A DNA stretch of 64,000 nucleotides from Nitrospirales bacterium. Lineage in GTDB: Bacteria > Nitrospirota > Nitrospiria > Nitrospirales > UBA8639. Positions 21,344 to 30,389 of this stretch are shown in pieces. Below the pieces are notes generated by a model. That model saw nothing but the letters and a program-made list of their open reading frames with translations, had not been told where the DNA came from and searched no databases. A program made the position numbers and the translations under genes. The first letter of the stretch is position 1, and every line of letters begins with the position of its first letter. The stretch spans positions 773,493 to 837,492 of the forward strand of contig OZ244884.1 of the NCBI GenBank assembly GCA_965221365.1, read 5' to 3'.

Positions 21344-22183
21344 CTACCGCGCCGCCTCTTCGTCCCTGATGGTCGAAAAAATCCGATCAAACTCCAGGTG
21401 CCTTTCCCGAAAGGCTTCCAGCAGGGTCGGATCGAAATGCTGGGGTCTGGTGCGCTCGTTTCCATTGAGCATGATGTCCCGTGTTTTCTCATGGGACAAG
21501 GCCGGTTTATACGGCCGCACGCTGCGCAAGGCGTCATAGGTGTCTCCCAGCATGACCATGCGCCCGCCCAAGGGAATGGCCTCGCCTTTCAACCCCTGCG
21601 GGTATCCGCTCCCGTCCCACCGTTCATGATGCGTGAGGGCGATCTCTCGCGCGGTCTGAAGCAACAACGACGGCGAACCGGCTAATAAATTCGCGCCCAG
21701 GATCGGGTGCTGCTTGACGATTTCCCATTCCCGTTCGTTCAACGGTCCCTGTTTTTGCATGATCCTGTCCGGGATCGCCACCTTGCCCACGTCATGCATG
21801 GGGGCCGCGTCGAAGATCAGTTGGGCGTCCTGTTCATCGAGTTCGATGAACCGCGCCAGGATCCTGCTGTAGTGACTGAGCCGCTGAATGTGGGCGCCGG
21901 TTTCTTCATCCTTGTACCGGGACGCCAGGGTCAGGCGCACCACCGTATCGGCATAGGCTGTTTCGAGTTCCCGCGTTTTTTCCCGTTGGGCGTCATAGGC
22001 CACCTTCAGGTCATGGGCATAGGCCTGCAACTGCTTGTTCGTCGTTTCCAGTTTGGACGACTCCTTGCGTTCACGGGACAACAGGGCGTTCAAATCCTTG
22101 GCATACAGGTCCAGTTGGGATCGGGCCGAACGCAGTCGTTTATTCAGGTCATCATCCGGCACGAAATCCTGCGAGAGTTTCAT
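21344..22183 (-). CDS. HD-GYP domain phosphodiesterase (c-di-GMP signalling type)
   Basis: Motifs HDVGKVAIPD and HHERWDGSGYPQGL. It starts 14 nt after the stop of the upstream receiver gene. Confidence 0.85.
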   Translation of the reverse strand: MKLSQDFVPDDDLNKRLRSARSQLDLYAKDLNALLSRERKESSKLETTNKQLQAYAHDLKVAYDAQREKTRELETAYADTVVRLTLASRYKDEETGAHIQRLSHYSRILARFIELDEQDAQLIFDAAPMHDVGKVAIPDRIMQKQGPLNEREWEIVKQHPILGANLLAGSPSLLLQTAREIALTHHERWDGSGYPQGLKGEAIPLGGRMVMLGDTYDALRSVRPYKPALSHEKTRDIMLNGNERTRPQHFDPTLLEAFRERHLEFDRIFSTIRDEEAAR

Positions 22184-22197
22184 CGGTCACCCATTGG

Positions 22198-22584
22198 CTA
22201 CCGGGGGCTGGAGTTTTCCATCTGCCCGAGTGCCCGTCTGACGGTCTCCAGGAGTTTCAGGGGGCTGAACGGCTTGACCAGATAGGCAAAGACCTCCGGC
22301 ACCTGCTCATCATCACCGGCCGCGGGTTGCTCCAGGGCCGTCAGGAGAATCAGCGGGATATGCCGGATGGCCGGATCCGTCAGCACGGCCTGGGCCACTT
22401 CCAGGCCGTTCAGGTTGGGCATGATCCGATCCAGAATGACCGCGTCGGGTCGTTCCTGCCGCACGAGACGCAGGGCCGATTCCCCGTCCGAGGCTTCGAG
22501 GATGCGATAGGCCGGATCTTCCAGGGTGGTTTGCAGCAACAACCGGAGATCGGGGTCATCATCTGCAATGAGAAGCGTTTTCAT
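22198..22584 (-). CDS. Stand-alone response-regulator receiver (CheY-like)
   Basis: MKTLLIADDDPDLRLLL...PDAVILDRIMPNLNGLEV...LVKPFSP carries the canonical DD/D/K receiver residues. Confidence 0.85.
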   Translation of the reverse strand: MKTLLIADDDPDLRLLLQTTLEDPAYRILEASDGESALRLVRQERPDAVILDRIMPNLNGLEVAQAVLTDPAIRHIPLILLTALEQPAAGDDEQVPEVFAYLVKPFSPLKLLETVRRALGQMENSSPR

Positions 22585-22616
22585 CGCCGAAGCTCCAGGA
22601 TCCGCAGCGCATGGGT

Positions 22617-23489
22617 TCAGCCGCCGTCGAACCCCTGGTCTTCCTCCCCGGACGCGGCCACGGAGAGTGGTTGTGCCGAGCTATCGCCCCTTTCCACGCG
22701 ACGGGCAACGGTGATGAAGCCCGAATGCGCGATCATCCGCAGGTCCGGCCGCACGCTCCGGCCTTCGATGTTCCACGGCCGCACCAGGGTCTCGAAGGTT
22801 TCGATCAGCCCGAAGGCCCTGGTTTGTCGAAGGGCCTCAACCGTCTGCACGACCTGGGGAACCGTTGGGACAAAGCTCAGATAGATGCCGCCCAACCTGA
22901 GGGCCGCGGGCACGTGGGGGACGACGTTCCAGGGTTCCGGCAAATCCAGGATCACCCGGTCGAAGACGTGCTCCGTTCCTTCTGCATCCCGGCCAATGCC
23001 TTCATACGCATCGTGCTGCACCAAGTGAAAGTTGGCTACGGGGCCCAGGAATCTTTCGATGTTCTTCATCGCGGTGCGAGCAAAGTCTTCCCGTTTTTCA
23101 TAGCTCACGACTCGTCCGCGGTCCCCCACGGCCCGCAACAATCCCAATGTCAGCGCCGCAGAGCCGACTCCCGCTTCGAATACGGAAGCCCCGGCATACA
23201 CGTCGGCCCACATGAGGATCATGGCCACGTCCTTGGGGTACAGGACTTGCGCCCCACGAGGCATCTTCAGCGTGTATTCCGCCAGGGTGGGCATCAAGGC
23301 CGTCATGGTTTTTCCTCCGGACAGACGAACCATCGTGCCGTCGGACCGTCCGATGAGATCGTCATGCGGAAGGATCTCTCCACCATGTTGAAACCGATCG
23401 CCGGCCTTGAGCGTGAGCGCATACTGACGCCCTTTTTTATCCACCAAATGGACTCGCTGGCCTGCTTGAAACGCGTGCATCATGCGCAT
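22617..23489 (-). CDS. trmI: tRNA (adenine-N1)-methyltransferase, TrmI/GCD14 family
   Basis: SAM-binding motif VFEAGVGSAALT and the GAQVLYPKD motif. The track ORF extends to 23789 only by reading into the repeat array. ATG 23489 (MRMMHAFQAG..) lies 8 nt downstream of GGGGGAGG. Confidence 0.8.
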   Translation of the reverse strand: MRMMHAFQAGQRVHLVDKKGRQYALTLKAGDRFQHGGEILPHDDLIGRSDGTMVRLSGGKTMTALMPTLAEYTLKMPRGAQVLYPKDVAMILMWADVYAGASVFEAGVGSAALTLGLLRAVGDRGRVVSYEKREDFARTAMKNIERFLGPVANFHLVQHDAYEGIGRDAEGTEHVFDRVILDLPEPWNVVPHVPAALRLGGIYLSFVPTVPQVVQTVEALRQTRAFGLIETFETLVRPWNIEGRSVRPDLRMIAHSGFITVARRVERGDSSAQPLSVAASGEEDQGFDGG

Positions 23490-23529
23490 TCTAGGAGCCT
23501 CCCCCTGGGGTTGCAACCTGCCGCATGTC

Positions 23530-25315
23530 TGATTCGTCATTCCTGCGCATGCCCCCTTCCGTCGAACACGCACACACCACCAATCGTCATCCCCGACGTT
23601 TTTAATCGGGGATCCAGGGCTTTTTCTCTTTCCTTTGTTTCCTGGATGCCGGATCGGGGTCCGGCATGACGGTTGGGGGGGATGCCATGTCGAGTCCGGC
23701 ATGACGGTTGTGGGGCCTTTGCGTCCTTCCCCGACGCGCCCCATTCGTCGCACACGCACCTTCTTCGTCATTCCTGCGAAGACCTCCATTCGTCATCCGC
23801 ACGCGCTCCAATCGTCATTCCCGCGAAGACCACCAATCGTCATCCCCGTGAAGACCACCATTCGTCATCCGCACGCGCTCCAATCGTCATTCCCGCGAAA
23901 GCGGGAATCCAGGGTCGTTGCCTTTCCTTTTTTCTGGATGCCGGATCGGGGTCCGGCATGACGGAGGGGGGGGGGATGCCATGTCGAGTCCGGCATGACG
24001 TTGAGGGGGATGCCCGTCGCAACCGCACACACCACCAATCGTCATCCCCGACGTTTGTAATCGGGAATCCAGAGTCGTTGCCTTTCCTTTTTTCTGGATG
24101 CCGGATCAAGTCCGGCATGACGGTGGGGGGGGGATGCCATGTCGAGTCCGGCATGACGTTGAGGGGGATGCCCGTCGCAACCGCACACACCACCAATCGT
24201 CATCCCCGACGTTTGTAATCGGGAATCCAGAGTCGTTGCCTTTCCTTTTTTCTGGATGCCGGATCAAGTCCGGCATGACGGTGGGGGGGGGATGCCATGT
24301 CGAGTCCGGCATGACGTTGGGGGCCTTTGCGTCATTCCCCCACGCGCCCCATCCGTCGCACACGCGCCTTCTTCGTCATTCCTGCGAAGACCTCCATTCG
24401 TCATCCGCACGCGCTCCAATCGTCATTCCCGCGAAAGCGGGAATCCAGGGCCGTTGCTTTTTCCTTTTTTTCTGGATGCCGGATCAAGTCCGGCATGACG
24501 GAGGGGGGGGGGATGCCATGTCGAGTCCGGCATGACGTTGGGGGCCTTTGCGTCCTTCCCCGACGCGCCCCTTCCTTCGCACACACACCTTCTTCGTCAT
24601 TCCTGCGAAGACCTCCATTCGTCATCCGCACGCGCTCCAATCGTCATTCCCGCGAAAGCGGGAATCCAGGGTCGTTGCCTTTCCTTTTTTCTGGATGCCG
24701 GATCGGAGTCCGGCATGACGAAGGGGGGGATGCCCGTCGCACCCGCACACACCACCAATCGTCATTCCCGCGAAAGCGGGAATCCAGGGTTGTTGCTTTT
24801 CCTTTTTTCTGGATGCCGGATCGAGTCCGGCATGACGGAGGGGGGCCTGTGGTTTTTCTGGATGCCGGATCGGGGTCCGGCATGACGGAGGGGGCCTGTG
24901 GTTTTTCTGGATGCCGGATCGGGGTCCGGCATGACGGAGGGGCCTGTGCGTCATTCCCCGACGCGCCCCATTCGTCGCACACGCACCTTCTTCGTCATTC
25001 CTGCGAAGACCTCCATTCGTCATCCGCACGCGCTCCAATCGTCATTCCTGCGAAGACCACCATTCGTCATCCCCGACGTTTGTAATCGGGGATCCAGGGT
25101 CGTTGCCTTTTCCTTTCTTTCTGGATGCCGGATCGGAGTCCGGCATGACGGTGGGGGCCTGTGGTTTTTCTGGATGCCGGATCGGGGTCCGGCATGACGG
25201 AGGGGGGGATGCCATGTCAGAGCCCGGCATGACGGAGAGGGACGCGAGGTCAAGGCCCGACATGACGGTGGGGACGGCATGGCGAATGAAGGGCATGACG
25301 AAGAGAGGGCGTAAC
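23530..25315. repeat. Array 1 (1.8 kb) of the modular nested-palindrome repeat family, between divergent trmI and nfeD-like genes
   Basis: Dozens of modules in these forms:
- CGTCAT-TCCCGCGAAAGCGGGA-ATCCAGG
- CGTCAT-CCCCGACGTTTGTAATCGGGG-ATCCAGG
- pyrimidine-rich spacer (e.g. GTCGTTGCCTTTCCTTTTTT)
- CTGGAT-GCCGGATCGGGGTCCGGC-ATGACGG
- GATGCCATGTCGAGTCCGGC-ATGACG. Confidence 0.9.
24036..24351. repeat. 158-bp tandem duplication of a composite repeat unit inside array 1
   Basis: CAATCGTCATCCCCGACGTTTGTAATCGGGAATCCAGAGTCGTTGCC.. starts at both 24036 and 24194. About 135 bp are identical in the two copies, each including a G9 run. Confidence 0.85.
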
Positions 25316-25332
25316 GAAGAGGGGCTGTTTTC

Positions 25333-25361
25333 TTGACAGTCTTCGGAGGGGATCGTAAGAT
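25333..25361 (+). promoter_or_regulatory. Candidate sigma70-type promoter for the nfeD-like/stomatin operon
   Basis: TTGACA (25333-25338), 17-nt spacer, TAAGAT (25356-25361). AGGAGG follows at 25371-25376. Confidence 0.5.
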
Positions 25362-25387
25362 GATTTCTGTAGGAGGTTTCCTCCGCC

Positions 25388-26761
25388 TTGAACGTCTTTC
25401 ATACAACGCCTTTCCGGTTTTGGCCCCTGCCCGGTTTTGTACGGCAGAATCGGAACGGCCCTGTGCTCATCGCGCTGAGCGTTCTGTTTTTCGCGTTTCC
25501 TGTTCACGTCGACGTCTCCCGGGCCGAGCCTTCCCTGGTGATTACCGCGGCTTATGAAGGCGTGATCAATCCCGTTGCTGCCGAATATCTGCACGAAGCC
25601 ATTGCCCATGCGGAGCAGGAACGCGCCCAGTTTCTCGTGTTTCAACTCGATACGCCCGGTGGCCTGGACACGTCGATGCGCGAGATGATCAAGGATATGA
25701 CCGGGTCCCATCTTCCGATCGTGGTCTACGTGGCTCCGACGGGCGGACGCGCCGCGTCGGCCGGGGTCTTTCTCACCCTGGCGGCCCACGTGTCGGCCAT
25801 GGCTCCGGGGACCAACATCGGAGCGGCCCATCCCGTGGCCATGGGAGGCGGGGAAATGGATGAGGTGATGAAGGAAAAGGTGGAGAACGACTCGGTCGCC
25901 TATATCCGTTCCATTGCCGAACGTCGCGGACGGAACGTCGAATGGTCGGAACAGGCCGTCAAGAAGAGTGTCTCGGCCACGGCCACGCAAGCGCTCGAAC
26001 TGGGCGTGATCGACCTGATGGCGTCGGACCTGGATGACCTGTTACGCCAACTCGATGGACGGCAACTCTCCTTCGACGCCCGGGCCCTCACCCTTCGGAC
26101 GCAAGACGTGGACGTGCGGGCATTTCCCATGAGTTGGCGACTCGAAACCATGAAAGCCATCAGCGATCCGAACATTGCCTACGTCCTCATGACCCTCGGC
26201 ACCATCGGGCTGATTGCCGAACTCTACAACCCCGGGGCGATTCTGCCCGGCGTGGTCGGCGCCATCAGCCTGATTCTGGCCTTTTATTCCCTCCAGTCCC
26301 TGCCCGTGAACTACGCGGGGGTGCTGTTGTTCATTCTGGGCATCGTCATGCTGATCCTGGAGATCACCGTCACCAGTTACGGGTTGCTGGCGATCGGAGG
26401 CATTACCGCGATGATTCTGGGATCGCTTTTTCTCATCAATCAGGATTTCCCCTATTATCAGATTTCCTGGTCTGTTATTCTTCCCATGGTTGGCCTGGCG
26501 ATCGGCTTTACGTTGCTGGTGGTCAATTTCGGGGTCCGGGCCTTGCGTCGGCAACCGGCGACCGGCCCCGAAGGGATGGTCGGCCTCATGGGATCGGCGA
26601 AGACGAATCTGACGCCGAACGGAAAAATTTTCGTGCAGGGGGAAATCTGGGATGCCGTCAGTTCGGTGCCGGTCACCGAAGGGCAGCCCATTCAAATCAC
26701 CCAAATCGACGGCCTCACGGTGCACGTGAAACCCGTCGAGCTTCATCACGAGAGTCAATAA
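25388..26761 (+). CDS. NfeD-family membrane-bound ClpP-class serine protease
   Basis: GGLDTSMREMIKDM...PIVVYVAPTGGRAASAGVFL (ClpP-like), several TM helices and a C-terminal OB-like NfeD domain. The track start is TTG 25388 (AGGAGG 11 nt upstream). GTG 25463 is an alternative. Confidence 0.8.
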   Translation: MNVFHTTPFRFWPLPGFVRQNRNGPVLIALSVLFFAFPVHVDVSRAEPSLVITAAYEGVINPVAAEYLHEAIAHAEQERAQFLVFQLDTPGGLDTSMREMIKDMTGSHLPIVVYVAPTGGRAASAGVFLTLAAHVSAMAPGTNIGAAHPVAMGGGEMDEVMKEKVENDSVAYIRSIAERRGRNVEWSEQAVKKSVSATATQALELGVIDLMASDLDDLLRQLDGRQLSFDARALTLRTQDVDVRAFPMSWRLETMKAISDPNIAYVLMTLGTIGLIAELYNPGAILPGVVGAISLILAFYSLQSLPVNYAGVLLFILGIVMLILEITVTSYGLLAIGGITAMILGSLFLINQDFPYYQISWSVILPMVGLAIGFTLLVVNFGVRALRRQPATGPEGMVGLMGSAKTNLTPNGKIFVQGEIWDAVSSVPVTEGQPIQITQIDGLTVHVKPVELHHESQ

Positions 26762-27571
26762 ATGCCATTCAATTCCACCATGCTGTTTGTCCTGTTCCTG
26801 GGTCTCATCATCCTGCTCTCGAAGGGGTTCTATATCCTGCGGGAATATGAACGAGCCGTTATTTTTCGCTTTGGCCGTCTGGCCAGGGGGGTGTTCGGGG
26901 GGAATGGACCCGGGGTGATCGTCATTATTCCGTTCATCGATAAGCTGCTTCGCGTGAGCCTCCGGACCGTGACCATGGACGTACCTCCCCAGGACGTCAT
27001 TACGAAGGACAACGTCTCGGTCAAGGTCAACGCGGTGATCTATTTCCGCGTGGTCGATTCGGAAAAAGCCATTGTCGGCGTGGAAGACTATTATTACGCC
27101 ACGTCCATGATCGCCCAAACGACCCTGCGCAGCGTCCTGGGCCAGAGCCAGTTGGACGACCTGCTCTCGAAGCGGGATGAAATCAACGCGGATCTGCAAC
27201 GGATTATCGATCAAGCGACCGAACCCTGGGGCATCAAGGTGTCCGCGGTCGAAGTCAAGAACGTGGACCTCCCTCAGGAAATGCAGCGGGCGATTGCACG
27301 GCAGGCGGAAGCCGAGCGGGAGCGCCGGTCGAAAGTCATCCACGCCGAAGGCGAATTTCAGGCGTCCCAGCGCCTTTCCGATGCCGCCAACATTCTGAGT
27401 CAGAATCCGGCGGCCCTGCAATTACGGTATCTGGAAACCATCATGAACGTCGCCGGAGATAAAAATTCCACGATCCTGTTTCCCATCCCCGTTGACCTGC
27501 TGAGTCCGTTTCTTCAACAGGCGCAACCGCTGCCCCCTCCACCTCCATCCGAAGGTCCCCCTTCGGAATAG
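26762..27571 (+). CDS. SPFH/band-7 (stomatin/prohibitin-like) protein
   Basis: TM anchor then [30 protein letters not shown]... The ATG immediately follows the nfeD-like stop. NfeD-stomatin pairing is a known operon type. Confidence 0.9.
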   Translation: MPFNSTMLFVLFLGLIILLSKGFYILREYERAVIFRFGRLARGVFGGNGPGVIVIIPFIDKLLRVSLRTVTMDVPPQDVITKDNVSVKVNAVIYFRVVDSEKAIVGVEDYYYATSMIAQTTLRSVLGQSQLDDLLSKRDEINADLQRIIDQATEPWGIKVSAVEVKNVDLPQEMQRAIARQAEAERERRSKVIHAEGEFQASQRLSDAANILSQNPAALQLRYLETIMNVAGDKNSTILFPIPVDLLSPFLQQAQPLPPPPPSEGPPSE

Positions 27572-27609
27572 CATGACGTGCCCCACCCTCCGATGAGTCG
27601 CGTGACGTC

Positions 27610-28299
27610 ATGAAGCGTTTGTTTGCGGTGATCGGCCTGGGCCGATTCGGCTATGGCGTCGCTGAATCCCTGGTGCAAAAGGGCTGTGAGGTTCTCGCGA
27701 TCGATCGCGACGAAGCGAAGGTGCAGGCGATCAGCGATATTGCGACCTTTGCGGTGCAGTGCGACGCGACGGATGAACGCGCGCTGAAATCCGTCAGCAC
27801 GCAAAACGTGGACGTGGCGGTGGTGAGCATCGCCGAAAACATCGAAGCGAGCATCCTCATCGTCCAGACGTTGCACGAAATGGGGATCGATTCCATCATT
27901 GCCAAGGCCATGACCACCCTGCATGGAAAAATTCTCACGAATCTCGGGGTGACCGAAGTGATTTACCCCGAACGGGACGCCGCGATTCGGCTGGCGCATC
28001 GACTCGTCTCTCCCAAGGTTCTGGATTATCTCAAGTTGGCGCCCGGGTACAGCGTCGAGGAAATCACGGTGCCGGATCGATTTTCCGGCATGAGCATCAA
28101 GGAAACGAAAATCCGCGAACTGCACAACCTCAACATCATCGGCATCAAGAAACAGGTCAATCGCATGATCAAGGGACAGTTGAAGAAAGAAGACACCTTC
28201 AATTTCACTCCCTCGCCCGGTGACATGATCGAAAAAGGCGACATTCTGGTCATGATCGGGAAAGAGCACGACCTGGACGGATTCAGTAATTCCGAATAA
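27610..28299 (+). CDS. TrkA/KtrA-like RCK-domain K+ transport regulatory subunit
   Basis: Rossmann motif VIGLGRFGYGVAESL and a C-terminal TrkA-C-like segment. No membrane partner gene is adjacent. Confidence 0.85.
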   Translation: MKRLFAVIGLGRFGYGVAESLVQKGCEVLAIDRDEAKVQAISDIATFAVQCDATDERALKSVSTQNVDVAVVSIAENIEASILIVQTLHEMGIDSIIAKAMTTLHGKILTNLGVTEVIYPERDAAIRLAHRLVSPKVLDYLKLAPGYSVEEITVPDRFSGMSIKETKIRELHNLNIIGIKKQVNRMIKGQLKKEDTFNFTPSPGDMIEKGDILVMIGKEHDLDGFSNSE

Positions 28300-28360
28300 G
28301 CGTCCCCTGTCCACCCTGCATGACAAGACGGACGGCACCCCAGACGACGATCCGCGTGAC

Positions 28361-28687
28361 ATGAATCCTGCCGCGTCACCGCACGAGACCGTCCTCGATG
28401 AATTCCGTCAGAACCTGGAGGCCTTTTATGCGGCCCTGCACCTCGCGCCCCCCTATGACAGCGTGGAAAAAACCATCAGATGTCTCTCCGCTCTCTTCAA
28501 CGACAAAACGGCCGAGGAACAGCGACAACTGCTCACGGACGATTCCCTGAAACAGAAACTGCACATCCAGGCTTTTCTGAACGCGGGGCTCCACAAAAAA
28601 CACCGGGGGATCATCTCCGGACTCGCACGCACCGGTGAGCCGTTCCCCGAATCCGTGCGATACCTGTTGGAACCCTTTCGATCCTGA
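28361..28687 (+). CDS. Hypothetical protein (108 aa)
   Basis: ATG-initiated ORF on the same strand as its neighbours. No recognisable motif. Confidence 0.5.
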   Translation: MNPAASPHETVLDEFRQNLEAFYAALHLAPPYDSVEKTIRCLSALFNDKTAEEQRQLLTDDSLKQKLHIQAFLNAGLHKKHRGIISGLARTGEPFPESVRYLLEPFRS

Positions 28688-28852
28688 ATCAGACTCGCTC
28701 CTTGAGCCCCGGCTGTTGTTTTTGTGCAACACCACTATTGATTTTTCGCATCATCTTCAAATTCATGAAAGTCAAGTATCTTATATTTCAACAGGTTAGG
28801 TTAATGGAATTCATGGAAAATTTGGCCTATATCTTGCATAAGAATAGGACTA

Positions 28853-29794
28853 ATGAAAATATTTGCACAACGACAGCATACCATCGAGCAAACCGTATCA
28901 GTCTCAGGCGTTGGGCTCCATTCAGGATGTTCCTCGAAGGTCAGTCTTTCCCCTGCCCCCACGGACAACGGCCTTGTGTTTCGCCGAAAAACCAATGGTC
29001 ACGTCGAACGCTGCCGCGCGTCGATTCATAATCTCAGGCCCATGGAGCTCTGTACCGCGGTCGGCTCCAATGGATTCCAGATCCAGACGACCGAGCACGT
29101 CCTAGCGGCGCTCTGGGGGTTGGGAATCGATAACGCCTTTATCGACATCGATTCGGAAGAAGTTCCGGTGATGGACGGCAGTGCCGCGCCGTTTACCAAA
29201 CTCATTCAAGACGCCGGGATCATTCCCCAGGAACAGCCTCGCCCGTATCTCAAAATTCTGGAACCCATTCGGATCGGTGATGCCGAGCGAGGGATCTCCA
29301 TCATGCCCTCCCCCCTTCCCAGGATCACCTATACGATCGACTACCCGCATCGGTTGATTCAGGAGCAAACCTACGAACACGAATGGTCCGCGGTGGAGTT
29401 CGAGGCCAATATCGCGCAGGCCCGGACCTTTGCGTTTTCGCATGAGGTGCAAGCCCTCTGGGACCGTGGCTTGGGCAAAGGCGGTTCTCTGGACAATACC
29501 ATCGTGTTTACCGACACCGGCATCCTGAATAAAGAGTCGCTTCGTTTCCCTGACGAATGCGTTCGCCACAAGGTCTTGGACCTCATTGGCGATCTGTCGC
29601 TCCTCGGCTTCCACATCATCGGACATATTATTGCCAGACGATCCGGGCATCGACTCCACAACCAGCTCGTCCAGGCGATCCTGGACAATCCCCAGGCCTG
29701 GACGCTTCTGGGCTCCCATGACCAGCCGGAACCCGATTCGGTCGAACGGGTGTCGATGCATGCCGTGCCTCTCTCCGAAGGCTTCGCGCGCTGA
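28853..29794 (+). CDS. lpxC: UDP-3-O-acyl-N-acetylglucosamine deacetylase
   Basis: QHTIEQTVSVSGVGLHSG..., TTEHVLAAL and HKVLDLIGDLSLLG....SGHRLH are LpxC hallmarks. AT-rich upstream region. Confidence 0.9.
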   Translation: MKIFAQRQHTIEQTVSVSGVGLHSGCSSKVSLSPAPTDNGLVFRRKTNGHVERCRASIHNLRPMELCTAVGSNGFQIQTTEHVLAALWGLGIDNAFIDIDSEEVPVMDGSAAPFTKLIQDAGIIPQEQPRPYLKILEPIRIGDAERGISIMPSPLPRITYTIDYPHRLIQEQTYEHEWSAVEFEANIAQARTFAFSHEVQALWDRGLGKGGSLDNTIVFTDTGILNKESLRFPDECVRHKVLDLIGDLSLLGFHIIGHIIARRSGHRLHNQLVQAILDNPQAWTLLGSHDQPEPDSVERVSMHAVPLSEGFAR

Positions 29795-29840
29795 GTCCCT
29801 CGCCGTTGAGTTCCCGAACGAAGGATGATACGGTGGCGAG

Positions 29841-30338
29841 ATGACGCCACGTCCGCATCCCCTCGTGCTTCTCGTTTGCTGGCTGCTTCTTCTCGCGGCG
29901 AACATGCCTGCTGCGAAGGGATTTCAGGGAATTCCCTGGGGCAGTGCGCTTGCGGAATTTCCGCAACTCGTCCTCGTGGAGCCTGACGAGCGGGTCGACA
30001 TGTATCAATACAAGGAAGGCCCCCTGCATTTTGCGAACGAACCGGTCGACTCCATCAAGCTCTACGCCATCGACGCCCAATTCGCCCGCGTGATGATCCG
30101 CTACCGCCATGAAGCCACGCACACCCGGATCAAGGACGCGCTGGATTCGGAATTCGGAGCCATTCAACACAACCGGGGATCGATGATCCGAGGGCTGAAT
30201 CAGGAATATTCCTGGCGGGACGAGGACACCGAGGTCAATCTGAGTTACCGGGGATTGGGCGAACGCGGATTGCTGGTGATTCAGAGTCGCGTCCTGGCCC
30301 CGCGTTTTCTCGAACTGTTGAGCGAACACACGCATTAG
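29841..30338 (+). CDS. Hypothetical secreted protein (165 aa)
   Basis: N-terminal hydrophobic signal-like segment LVLLVCWLLLLAANMPAA. No recognised domain. Confidence 0.55.
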   Translation: MTPRPHPLVLLVCWLLLLAANMPAAKGFQGIPWGSALAEFPQLVLVEPDERVDMYQYKEGPLHFANEPVDSIKLYAIDAQFARVMIRYRHEATHTRIKDALDSEFGAIQHNRGSMIRGLNQEYSWRDEDTEVNLSYRGLGERGLLVIQSRVLAPRFLELLSEHTH

Positions 30339-30389
30339 CCCGAGACGGAGTCGTTCCCGCAGGCAGGACCCTGGCTGCACGGGAATCGG

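Noticed and set aside
23490-23789. 100-codon N-terminal extension of trmI, and the analogous 112-codon extension of the FG-GAP gene (39193-39528), as drawn in the track.
   Set aside because: The extensions consist entirely of repeat-array sequence. Internal ATGs with good SD or signal-peptide context (23489; 39192) coincide with the start of family-typical sequence.
23530-25315. Possible CRISPR array (short palindromic repeats of about 30 nt recurring many times). The same question applies to the other nine arrays.
   Set aside because: Spacing is irregular and the sequences between repeats are themselves repeated modules. Repeats occur in both orientations within an array. No cas genes are present. 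The structure fits REP/BIME- or MITE-like elements, not CRISPR.
23537-25406. Many overlapping 60-250-aa ORFs on both strands inside the repeat arrays (e.g. 24327-25085). Similar ORFs occur at 32.6-33.7, 39.1-39.6, 47.1-47.9, 52.0-52.2, 53.3-53.6, 54.1-54.7 and 56.5-56.9 kb.
   Set aside because: Their translations are reiterations of repeat-encoded strings (VIPAKAGIQ, SFPRKRESR, FRGNDG, AGMT, CRTPIRHP) in several frames at once. I treat them as artefacts of the palindromic repeats.
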